64,000 bases of DNA, from IMG/VR virus record IMGVR_UViG_3300042935_001404. One strand, written 5' to 3'. The notes beneath the pieces are model-generated. The model was given only the letters and a program-made list of their open reading frames with translations, had not been told where the DNA came from and did no database searches. Source of the DNA: a virus (Duplodnaviria; Caudoviricetes). A program made the translations under genes and the position numbers. This document shows positions 55,971 to 64,000 of the stretch, in pieces; within the stretch, counting starts at the first letter, position 1; every line of letters starts with the position of its first letter.

Positions 55971-56804
55971 ATGAGAGTAAGTATTTTTGATCAGTATGGT
56001 GCGCTTAATAGTCCGCCGGTATTTGCGGCTGTACGTGCAGGGCTTGACAGTCTTGGCATCAAGCACAACAACATGGACAGTTCAGCAGATGTTGCTGTTA
56101 TCTGGAGCCAACTATGGCACGGACGAATGAAGCACAATCAAGGCGTATGGGGCGCATTCCGTAATAGCAATCGTCCTGTCGTTGTAGTTGAAGTGGGCAT
56201 GCTACGTCGTGGCGGCACTTGGAAATTGGGTGTTAACGGAACTGGTAACAATGCATACTATGGTGACGAGTTGATTCCAGGCCGGGCGGCGCAGTTGAGA
56301 CTAGAAACCCAACCCTGGTCCAATGCTGGTTACAACATTGTGATTGCCGCACAACGATCAGACAGTGAACAGTGGGCAGGACAGCCGCCCACTGTAGCTT
56401 GGTTAACCGAAACTGCTAACACCATTAAAAAATACACAGACAGACCTATTGTTATACGTCCGCATCCTAGACAGCGTATCAGTAATATTCCTGGTTGTGT
56501 TATTGAGATGCCGCGGCCCATCCAAGGAACATATGATAGTTTTGATTATGATCGATGTTTGTCAACAGCATGGGCTGTGGTCAATCACAACAGTGGTCCG
56601 GGCTCACTGGCTGTATTAAACGGAGTTCCAGCATTTGTACACGCTAGTAGTTTGGCAGCACCTGTTGGCAATACAGATTTATCCGCAATCAACAATCCGT
56701 CAAGGCCAGACCGAACTGCATGGCTAGAGCGACTGGCACACACAGAATGGTACACAGAGGAAATTGCCTCGGGCCTGCCGCTCAAACGTTTATTGTTGAC
56801 CTAA
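55971..56804 (+). CDS. Capsule-synthesis (KpsS/KpsC-like) GT-B protein, paralog 3
   Basis: VEVGML, IRPHPR, VVNHNSGPGSLAVLNGVPAF, WLERLAHTEW..EE. Confidence 0.62.
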   Translation: MRVSIFDQYGALNSPPVFAAVRAGLDSLGIKHNNMDSSADVAVIWSQLWHGRMKHNQGVWGAFRNSNRPVVVVEVGMLRRGGTWKLGVNGTGNNAYYGDELIPGRAAQLRLETQPWSNAGYNIVIAAQRSDSEQWAGQPPTVAWLTETANTIKKYTDRPIVIRPHPRQRISNIPGCVIEMPRPIQGTYDSFDYDRCLSTAWAVVNHNSGPGSLAVLNGVPAFVHASSLAAPVGNTDLSAINNPSRPDRTAWLERLAHTEWYTEEIASGLPLKRLLLT

Positions 56805-57548
56805 CCAAGACAAACTCTTGTCAATCCAGGCCAGTATAAGATCTTGTTGTCTTACATGCCCGTAGCGATTTATACTTCCTACCGCAGTTTCCGGCAGTAA
56901 GTTTTTATCTGCCAACTCATACCATGTAGTGGTTCTTGGATCCATTGGAGCATGTTCACTCTTATAAGCAATCACATGTATAAATTCGTCGTCTGGGTGT
57001 TTTAAAAAGAACCCTGAATTACAATCCCAGCCATTGACGGCCAGCATGTGCATTAAACTCACCACAGTGTGATGATAATAACATCCATTTGGTTGCACAA
57101 ATGCCAGTTGACGTATATCCATGTTGGTAGTTTGCGGAACTGCCATGATCAACATGCCGCCATCCTCGGCAATGGTGTTCCATTTTGCCAATGTCGACAA
57201 TGGATTGATACAGTATTGAAATGCATCGTGGCACCATAGCACATCAAATTTTGACTTGCCAGGCAGATTATCTGTATTTTCAAAATCTATTTTTTGATAC
57301 ACAATGTTTGAATATTTTTTAACCACAGCAGGTGTAGCACCTGTGTCTATGCCTGTGCAACGAATATTCAGAGGTATTGGGGCGTCATCTCGAGTTGTTC
57401 TAGTCGCCCACCATTCTAGGTCTTGTCCTGTGCCACATCCCAAATCAACCAGTGTGCCAATGCTTTCCATAAAGTCATCATACTCAAACAGTGTGTTGAG
57501 TGTTTGTAAACTGTGTGCATGACTTTCGTCATCGTTTCTAAATGTCAT
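56790..57548 (-). CDS. Class I SAM-dependent methyltransferase
   Basis: LVDLGCGTG, FDVLWCHDAFQY, GGML; coupled to uvsY. Confidence 0.82.
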   Translation of the reverse strand: MTFRNDDESHAHSLQTLNTLFEYDDFMESIGTLVDLGCGTGQDLEWWATRTTRDDAPIPLNIRCTGIDTGATPAVVKKYSNIVYQKIDFENTDNLPGKSKFDVLWCHDAFQYCINPLSTLAKWNTIAEDGGMLIMAVPQTTNMDIRQLAFVQPNGCYYHHTVVSLMHMLAVNGWDCNSGFFLKHPDDEFIHVIAYKSEHAPMDPRTTTWYELADKNLLPETAVGSINRYGHVRQQDLILAWIDKSLSWLGQQ

Positions 57549-57997
57549 AACTGTATATCTTCCATGCCGGCTGCTCGCAGTCTAACCACATGTCCCAACA
57601 TGAAGTTTTTACTTTCCATTGCTTTCATAATGCCCAAAAATCGATTGCGTAACAGTGCAACTTCGTTGATAATGGTTTCAAAATCAATAACTTCATCTTC
57701 ACCATCCACATACTTTTCAGCATCTCGACTGGTCAGCGCACGAGCATAGCCTTCTAAATACTTTTGAAAATGCCGTCGTCGAATCTTACGCAGTTGTATG
57801 TTAAGGAAGTTCAGCACTGCTTCAATCTCTTGTAGTTGATTAAAGCGATGCTCGGTCATTCCCGGAAGTGCTGTGATATTTCGTTCAACCAGGCCACCAA
57901 TGGCACAGTCACGCCGTGCAGATACAAGTTCATTTTCGTAATGAGCAATAAAGTCTGGAATGGCGCTGAGATCAGCAACAACGCGGTTATACCACAT
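57545..57997 (-). CDS. uvsY: Recombination mediator UvsY
   Basis: FNQLQEIEA, KYLEGY.RALTSRDAEKYVDGE, LRAAGMED. Confidence 0.88.
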   Translation of the reverse strand: MWYNRVVADLSAIPDFIAHYENELVSARRDCAIGGLVERNITALPGMTEHRFNQLQEIEAVLNFLNIQLRKIRRRHFQKYLEGYARALTSRDAEKYVDGEDEVIDFETIINEVALLRNRFLGIMKAMESKNFMLGHVVRLRAAGMEDIQL

Positions 57998-58263
57998 TAG
58001 TTTTCCCAGTCATCGTCTTGGTCGTGGTCTTCTTCCTCGGGTTCTTCGTCTTCGACGTAATCTTTATCATTGTCAAGATACGCAGTTAAAGCTGCCTTAA
58101 CATCGCGATCTCCTGTAAAGGCATCTCGAATATCCTCTGCATCACTGTCATTGTCCATTAAAATTTGTACTAGAGTTTCTGCCGCTTCGGCACGATCTAC
58201 TGTGTTTATGTAGCGTTTAAGTTCTCCCCAAATTTCTTTGGTTAATTTTACATCAATGGTCAT
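57997..58263 (-). CDS. Conserved acidic protein upstream of uvsY
   Basis: 88 aa with acidic tail, TAATG coupling. Confidence 0.7.
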   Translation of the reverse strand: MTIDVKLTKEIWGELKRYINTVDRAEAAETLVQILMDNDSDAEDIRDAFTGDRDVKAALTAYLDNDKDYVEDEEPEEEDHDQDDDWEN

Positions 58264-58585
58264 TTTGTTTCCTTTTATCTAATTTTTCCGTATAAAGATC
58301 AGATGCACATGCAGTACAGCTTTCTTTCCTGCATATTGTATACTCGGTTAAAAACTTAAAATTTTCATCAAACAGATTTCCTAAATTGTCGTTCTTACAG
58401 GTACCTGCGTAGACTGAAAAATCAACATCTATATAGATACTTGTAACTCCAGCGTTACAAAGCCAACCTTTCCAATGGTGCAAATCTTTATCATACAATT
58501 GATTGGCAGATATTTTAACCTCGCTGCCGTCTTTCAATTCTACTATAGCACTGCAATGAATATCCTCAGTTAGTGTAGTATTCAT
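58253..58585 (-). CDS. Stand-alone SPASM/twitch-like Fe-S domain
   Basis: CNAG..IYID....YAGTC...LGN...C...C..C; ATGA overlap with the radical SAM core gene. Confidence 0.7.
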   Translation of the reverse strand: MNTTLTEDIHCSAIVELKDGSEVKISANQLYDKDLHHWKGWLCNAGVTSIYIDVDFSVYAGTCKNDNLGNLFDENFKFLTEYTICRKESCTACASDLYTEKLDKRKQNDH

Positions 58586-59232
58586 GAAAAGTTCATTTGG
58601 TTAGTAATCTTTATCGGGAATTGATTCTTTCCTTGTCTATAATCCTTGATTGGATGTGTATAGCTAACAATTCCGTGTTTTTCTAAAAATGTTTTGTATT
58701 GCTCATTACGAGCTCGATGCCATGATTCATCCATGATATTGACTGATACTAGACATTTATGACTTTGTGCAAACTGGTGTAGATTTAATACTAGATTAAA
58801 AAACTTTTTTTCTTTCATAAATTCACTATGTGTAGAAAATGTAATCCAATCACAATAATCCATCATTTCCTTATAGTATGCTAGACTAGCTGTGCCATTG
58901 GTAGTGACTCCAACATTCCCTAGGTCGTGCGCAAAGCACTCATGCAACCATTTTAAAAAAGGAAGAAAATTTTTATTTAAAGTAAGTTCACCCCCTACAA
59001 ATGCCAAATTATATTTGATATTTTTCCTAGGGCTAGCTGATATAATTCGATTCCACGCCGCTTGCAATTTCTCTAATGAATAATCTTTAGATGTTTTATC
59101 ATGCCATTGATCTGGACAATAACTACAATCAAAATTACACCTTGTTCCAACTAGCCAATGGATTGTAATACCCGGTGCATACTCACGTATCCGAACAATG
59201 GGATTACTGTCAGTTACTACAATCGATTGCAT
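58582..59232 (-). CDS. Radical SAM core domain (no C-terminal SPASM)
   Basis: GTRCNFDCSYC, FVGGELT, TTNGT, FSTHSE. Confidence 0.88.
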   Translation of the reverse strand: MQSIVVTDSNPIVRIREYAPGITIHWLVGTRCNFDCSYCPDQWHDKTSKDYSLEKLQAAWNRIISASPRKNIKYNLAFVGGELTLNKNFLPFLKWLHECFAHDLGNVGVTTNGTASLAYYKEMMDYCDWITFSTHSEFMKEKKFFNLVLNLHQFAQSHKCLVSVNIMDESWHRARNEQYKTFLEKHGIVSYTHPIKDYRQGKNQFPIKITNQMNFS

Positions 59233-60299
59233 TATTCGTTGATGCTTTCGTCGATAATTTCGTCTACTACTCTGATATCTTTCTGGTTGGCAAAATCTGC
59301 CATAAGTTTGTCTAAACAGCCGTTTTCATTTGCTTCCCATTTTTTACGGAACTGTTTGATCACTTCACCATCACTTGTGACAAATACCAAACTGTTGCCT
59401 TCTTTCTTGAGAATGTTTTTCTTCTCTGCCAGGTCAACCAATCCCGAATGTGGACTCATGCCAGTTGAGTAAGGAATCTTAACTTGCATACCTTCAAACG
59501 GTTTAGCATAGCGTGTTTTCATTACTTTACAGCCGGCACGAATACCGTTGACTTCTGATACTTTGTTGCCATCTTCGTCTTCTTTCAATTTCATTTTCTT
59601 CATGGCAACAACAATACTCGATGCATAGATAAATCCTTGACCACCGGAGATCTTGTCATCGGGATCGAACATGTCTTGGCTTGCGTATGTATGATTAGTA
59701 GCAACCAATCCAACATTGTGACTACCAAACATATTAACACAGTTACGAACCAGTGCTGTCAGTGCCTTGGGCTTGCGGCCCATGTCACCTTTCATGTCAC
59801 CTGCTTCAAACTGGTTAACGTCTGTGGGAGTCAACAACATGCCCAACGAATCAATCACCCACAGAACCTTCATGCGTTCTTCATCAGGAAGTGCTTTGTA
59901 ATCAATCATGAATGTGGAAATTGCTTTGGCCACGTCGTCGATCATGCTCATATTAAGTTTAAGCAACTTTGCCGGATCAGTGTCAACACCCAGTGCGTGT
60001 AGCCACGATTCGTCTAGTGCATTTTCTGTGTCAACAAGAATAACAAAGATGCCTTGTTCTTGTGCGTTTTTTACAATGTTACCAGAGCAGATGTAACTTT
60101 TACCTGCGCCAGATTCACCGGCAAACACAGTTACCTTGCCTAGCGGAATACCTTTGTTGAAGTCTCCACTAATAAGATAGTTTAAGGCATAGTTGCCTGT
60201 GCCAATCCAGTCAGTTGGATCGTTAAATCCAATACTCAGGCCTTGGATGCTTTTGGTAATGTCCTTGCGGAACTTTGATATGTCAAATGGTTTTGCCAT
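59232..60299 (-). CDS. uvsX: RecA-like recombinase UvsX
   Basis: AGESGAGKS, VDTENA, IDSLGML, TNHTY, SGGQG..YASS. Confidence 0.95.
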   Translation of the reverse strand: MAKPFDISKFRKDITKSIQGLSIGFNDPTDWIGTGNYALNYLISGDFNKGIPLGKVTVFAGESGAGKSYICSGNIVKNAQEQGIFVILVDTENALDESWLHALGVDTDPAKLLKLNMSMIDDVAKAISTFMIDYKALPDEERMKVLWVIDSLGMLLTPTDVNQFEAGDMKGDMGRKPKALTALVRNCVNMFGSHNVGLVATNHTYASQDMFDPDDKISGGQGFIYASSIVVAMKKMKLKEDEDGNKVSEVNGIRAGCKVMKTRYAKPFEGMQVKIPYSTGMSPHSGLVDLAEKKNILKKEGNSLVFVTSDGEVIKQFRKKWEANENGCLDKLMADFANQKDIRVVDEIIDESINE

Positions 60300-60310
60300 G
60301 TTGTGCCTTT

Positions 60311-61213
60311 TTAATGTTTAACAATTCTTGCTCGATTATTATCTCGAGAATTACGATATAAAATTTTTCTATAATCAAATAACTTGTTTTCTATGTCAAC
60401 TACGGTTGCAATTGGTATTTGTTCTGCTACTAATTTAACTCCCATTTTCTCTGCCCACTGAGAGGATTCGGTACTAAAAGGAATAGTTTCAGGCATTGAC
60501 AAATTTAATTGAAATGCAAATTCTAAGTTTTCGTAATTATAGTGATCGGGATATTTTAGTTCTGTGTCAAAAAATCTAAACTTATTATAATACTGACGAC
60601 CCACGTATGTATAGCCAAAAGAAAAATTTACTATGTCATTGTTAGTGACCATAGTGTCTTGGTAAGGATTTTTAAATACTTCCCATTTTTCATCGGCTTT
60701 AAATTCTAAACGATTAAAACTATACTCCAATCGGTGTATGCCCATGTTCACTTCTCTATAAGGGTACAAATATCCTAATTTTTCTAGTGCTGGCGCAGTC
60801 TTAACAATTCTAATTTCGTCAGGATATAATTCGTGTAGCTTGCTACCAATTTTAGATTGGCGCATGTCACTGCTGAATCGCAGTTTGTCAATGTCAATGT
60901 CATGATAATGAGAAAACACCCAATCTGAATGCTCTTTGTTAAGAAATTCCTGATCTAGATAATTTTCCAAATTAGTATGTTGTTTAAATGATTGTCCTAT
61001 TAGATCATACAACATCTCATTTGTCTTTGATATTGCCCAATGCAAGTGTGTTAACTTTTGATCTAGATCTTTGTAAAGTTCTTGATCGTTGGAAAACGCA
61101 TTTTGTGATTTTTTATTTGTTTGATCTATAAAAAATTCAAACAATTCATGATTATACTTGACCTCAAAGGGCAGAGTATCTCCAGAGTTATCAAATACTA
61201 AAGAAAATTTCAT
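60311..61213 (-). CDS. AT-rich hypothetical protein between gp32 and uvsX
   Basis: Probable start MKFSLVFDNSGD; about 300 aa; no motif recognised. Confidence 0.7.
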   Translation of the reverse strand: MKFSLVFDNSGDTLPFEVKYNHELFEFFIDQTNKKSQNAFSNDQELYKDLDQKLTHLHWAISKTNEMLYDLIGQSFKQHTNLENYLDQEFLNKEHSDWVFSHYHDIDIDKLRFSSDMRQSKIGSKLHELYPDEIRIVKTAPALEKLGYLYPYREVNMGIHRLEYSFNRLEFKADEKWEVFKNPYQDTMVTNNDIVNFSFGYTYVGRQYYNKFRFFDTELKYPDHYNYENLEFAFQLNLSMPETIPFSTESSQWAEKMGVKLVAEQIPIATVVDIENKLFDYRKILYRNSRDNNRARIVKH

Positions 61214-61224
61214 ATGTGTATTGT

Positions 61225-61252
61225 TTAGCCCAGGTGTTACCACCCAGGCTAA
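61225..61252 (-). other. Stem-loop directly after the gp32 stop
   Basis: TTAGCCTGGGTG-GTAA-CACCTGGGCTAA with G-U pairs; no long U tail. Confidence 0.6.
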
Positions 61253-61261
61253 TTTTTTCAA

Positions 61262-62242
61262 TTACTTCTGTTGACGGGCCCGGATCATGGCCAAAATATC
61301 TTCGGCTTTCTGAGTAGGTGCTGCCGCGGCAGGAGCTGTGACTGGTGCTGTTGCCACAGGTGGCTCGTCCTCATCAAAGTCCGACACCGGAGCAGACACT
61401 GCCTTTGGAACAGCAATACTGGCTGGTGCAGACTCTACAGTGCCTGCGGGTGCAGACACACCTGCGGGTCGGAAGTAAGAACTCCACCGCTCTGTGTCAT
61501 ATGCTTGACCATCTACTGATGCTTCAAACATTTCTTTCATGACTTTCACAGCCGCTTCGTCTGGCTTCTTGGGCAAGAATGTGCTCAAGTCAAACAAGCC
61601 GTGTGCATCCACTGCTGCCTGTTCCACTTCTGACAGTGCAGACTCTTTACGTGCCCACTTTGAGGTGTTGTAGTCAGCAAAGCCGCCTTTTTGCGTTTTT
61701 GTGATGCGGAAGTCCAGACCACGCAAGGTGTCTGTTGGAGTTTCTTCCAGTTCTGGATCCATCAGCGCACCTTTAATGATGGTGAACAACTGAGGACCAA
61801 TGATGAATCTACGGATGGGATTGTCAGGAGTCTTGTCATCTGCCAAGGGGTTCTCGCGAACAAAGCCTTGGAAAATGTAACTGCGTTTTTTCCAGTACTT
61901 GCGACCCATGTCTTCCAGACTTTTGTCTTTGAACCATGTGCGTACTTCTGTCAGGATTGGGCAAGTTTCTTGCCACATTTCCATACAAGGAACCTGTACG
62001 TAAACCTGTTTTGATTCCATCTCTCCTTTGATGCCATTGAATGGCAAACGAATCATTGCTCGTTCTTGCCAAAAGAATGTGTTTTTTGTGTTGCCGTCTG
62101 GGAGGAATCGTAGTGTAGTGGATGCGCCTTCTTCCATGTTCCAGTGTGCGTAAATTGCGTTATCGCCACCAGTGGATGCTCCACCTTTGTTGTTGCCTTC
62201 TGAGGCTGCGAGACGTGCTCGGATGTCTGCTAATGATGCCAT
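61262..62242 (-). CDS. Single-stranded DNA-binding protein (T4 gp32)
   Basis: LRFLPD, VPCMEM...CPI, YWKKRSY, GFADY..S.W, acidic P/A-rich tail. Confidence 0.93.
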   Translation of the reverse strand: MASLADIRARLAASEGNNKGGASTGGDNAIYAHWNMEEGASTTLRFLPDGNTKNTFFWQERAMIRLPFNGIKGEMESKQVYVQVPCMEMWQETCPILTEVRTWFKDKSLEDMGRKYWKKRSYIFQGFVRENPLADDKTPDNPIRRFIIGPQLFTIIKGALMDPELEETPTDTLRGLDFRITKTQKGGFADYNTSKWARKESALSEVEQAAVDAHGLFDLSTFLPKKPDEAAVKVMKEMFEASVDGQAYDTERWSSYFRPAGVSAPAGTVESAPASIAVPKAVSAPVSDFDEDEPPVATAPVTAPAAAAPTQKAEDILAMIRARQQK

Positions 62243-62244
62243 TT

Positions 62245-62360
62245 TAAGTTGCCTTTCTAGTGTTATAAAATGTTTTCTAAGTTGCCTGTGATGCTAATGA
62301 AAAAAGCGTGTCACTGTTGTAGTGTACACGCTTTTGTTGTCAGCGTCAATGATATTTATG
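62245..62360 (-). promoter_or_regulatory. gp32 leader: late promoter, hairpin and 10-nt direct repeat
   Basis: CATAAATA 62353-62360; AAAAGCGTGT/ACACGCTTTT hairpin 62302-62335; AGGCAACTTA at 62278-62287 and 62245-62254. Confidence 0.7.
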
Positions 62361-62383
62361 ACGCATTTGTTCTAATGACTATT

Positions 62384-64000
62384 TTATGATCTAATCATCC
62401 CGGACAGTTCTCGCAACCGGTGTAGCACATCTTCTTCTACGTCATCGAACTTTTGAAGTTTACCAGAGTGTCCGTATTGGCCTTGTAACGTTGTGGTTTC
62501 TCCCAGAGGTGGGTTGCCGGTTGTCACTGCAACTTCTTCTGCCATATTGCCTAACATTTGTTCGATCTGCTTGATCCATCCACTTACGTCACTAGATCCA
62601 ATTTCTTCTACATCACCTACAAAGTCTGCAACTTCGTCAATGGCGGCTGTTACTTTTTCTGGACCGTACTTGCTCAACAAATCCGAACGTTGCATTAAAA
62701 TTCTACGTGTGATAGCACTGGCCACTGGACTGTCTTCCATGCCTTCTGCCATGTCAGGCTTGGAATTATTCATTCCTGATAGTTCTTGCAAACGAGATAT
62801 TGTATCCTGCTCGCCTTCGTACATGCTGCCGCATTCCATTAGGCCGTGTTCTGGGCAGTGTTCGCCTTCGGCAGTGTAGTTGCATGATCCATCTGTTTCT
62901 TCTTCGCCAAATGCATCTTGTGCGGCGCTGCCTAGTTTGGCACCAGTCATTGCACCACCTGGACTCTTTGTCAGTGCGGCACCACCAATGCCACCTACTA
63001 TTGAGCCAAGCATGCCATCTTGTAACAACTCGTTGTTCATTCCGCCATCAACTGAATATTCTTCATCATCTTGTTCAGCTACAGGAGGGGGCGGAACTTC
63101 GGCTGGTGCTTCTGCCGGCACAGCAGGTGCTTCGGGCGCAACTGTTGGCGGGGCTAACTGTTCTGATTTGAGTGCGTCTAGCACCGGCTCAAAATCTTCA
63201 AATCCTTTGTTGGACATGTCTTTGATACGTGCAATAACCAGGTTGCGGCAATCAGCATCGGGATCTTGTTCAGCTAAATCTTGCAGTTGATCGAACAGAA
63301 TATCATCACCAACTAAACTGTACAACTGTTCTGTTGCATTGGTTGCATCTGCACCAACTGGCAACTCTTGTGACAGCAATGCAATAAGTTCTTGCTGTTG
63401 TTCTGGGGTGTTGGGTGTTGCCCAGGTGCCTTCTAATAGGTTTTCGGCCCAGGCTTCAAATATGTTTGCTTCTTTCATTGCAGTTCCTTGTTGTTGTATA
63501 CGGGCCAAGATAGGCAAGGCCTGTTCAATTCGCGAATCAATTGTTTCTTGAACAAATAGTGTTTTAATGTCTTCGATGATTACATCTTGCTCGGTTATGT
63601 CGGCAGGATTCCAACTTTCAAAGTAGCTGTTGTATCCACGACTTGAAGCCAGGCCTTTAAGAGTCCGGCTCATTGTGGCATGGTACACATTGGTTTCATT
63701 CACCAGGTTGGCAGTGTCGCCTTCAAACACACGGCCATGACTGGCTCTGCGGAAACGGCTCAGCACATTGAGTTCTTCCACTATGTTGGCAATGTGCTGT
63801 CCCCGCATGTCATAGGGTCTGCCACCTTGACGCACATGCTCTACCATGGCGCGGCCACCTGCTAGGTTGCGGAATGGTAACTTGTAACGCTCGCCTTCGG
63901 CTGTTTCTAAAAATAAACTTTCAACTTGACGGAACCGTGCTTCATTCACGCCCATTGGACGCTTGTGACGTATCATTAAGCGCACAGAATCCGGACCACC
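62384..64000 (-). CDS. Large acidic late/virion protein (5' end lies beyond the window)
   Basis: Frame open to 64000; glycine-zipper GSIVGGIGGAAL...GAMTGAKLG, CPEHG..EC motif, repeated RL(Q/R)ELSGM. Confidence 0.75.
   Translation of the reverse strand, partial: GGPDSVRLMIRHKRPMGVNEARFRQVESLFLETAEGERYKLPFRNLAGGRAMVEHVRQGGRPYDMRGQHIANIVEELNVLSRFRRASHGRVFEGDTANLVNETNVYHATMSRTLKGLASSRGYNSYFESWNPADITEQDVIIEDIKTLFVQETIDSRIEQALPILARIQQQGTAMKEANIFEAWAENLLEGTWATPNTPEQQQELIALLSQELPVGADATNATEQLYSLVGDDILFDQLQDLAEQDPDADCRNLVIARIKDMSNKGFEDFEPVLDALKSEQLAPPTVAPEAPAVPAEAPAEVPPPPVAEQDDEEYSVDGGMNNELLQDGMLGSIVGGIGGAALTKSPGGAMTGAKLGSAAQDAFGEEETDGSCNYTAEGEHCPEHGLMECGSMYEGEQDTISRLQELSGMNNSKPDMAEGMEDSPVASAITRRILMQRSDLLSKYGPEKVTAAIDEVADFVGDVEEIGSSDVSGWIKQIEQMLGNMAEEVAVTTGNPPLGETTTLQGQYGHSGKLQKFDDVEEDVLHRLRELSGMIRS

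Overview
The window is a gene-dense segment of a large lytic T4-like (Tevenvirinae-related) tailed phage genome, read mostly on the minus strand in the standard genetic code. The host is probably a proteobacterium (IscU/IscA/Csp/GroEL and a DUF3563-like ORF look betaproteobacterial, inferred from sequence recall only). It contains: (i) host-like chaperone genes (groEL partial, groES, clpX); (ii) early regions of small genes, each behind a near-consensus sigma70 promoter; (iii) nrdAB, glutaredoxin, PAAR/baseplate/tail genes; (iv) iscU-iscA-csp flanked by radical SAM genes; (v) late virion genes, including a Pol-beta-NTase plus ligase-fold fusion; (vi) the T4 replication/recombination core (gp41, gp61, gp62-like, UvsW, UvsX, UvsY, gp32, DNA ligase) with a 192-aa miniature DnaE; (vii) an approximately 11 kb glycosylation island with glycosyltransferases, methyltransferases, three KpsS/KpsC-like paralogs and a complete three-enzyme UDP-6-deoxy-L-HexNAc pathway behind T4-type late promoters. 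AT-rich passenger genes (radical SAM, SGNH-like, sulfotransferase-like) sit between core genes with overlapping start/stop codons. No tRNA, rRNA, CRISPR array, intein or intron was recognised. The best candidates for new biology are the late glycosylation system, the mini-DnaE operon, the NTase-ligase fusion and the Fe-S/radical SAM set. All family assignments come from motif recognition by eye; no database search was run.
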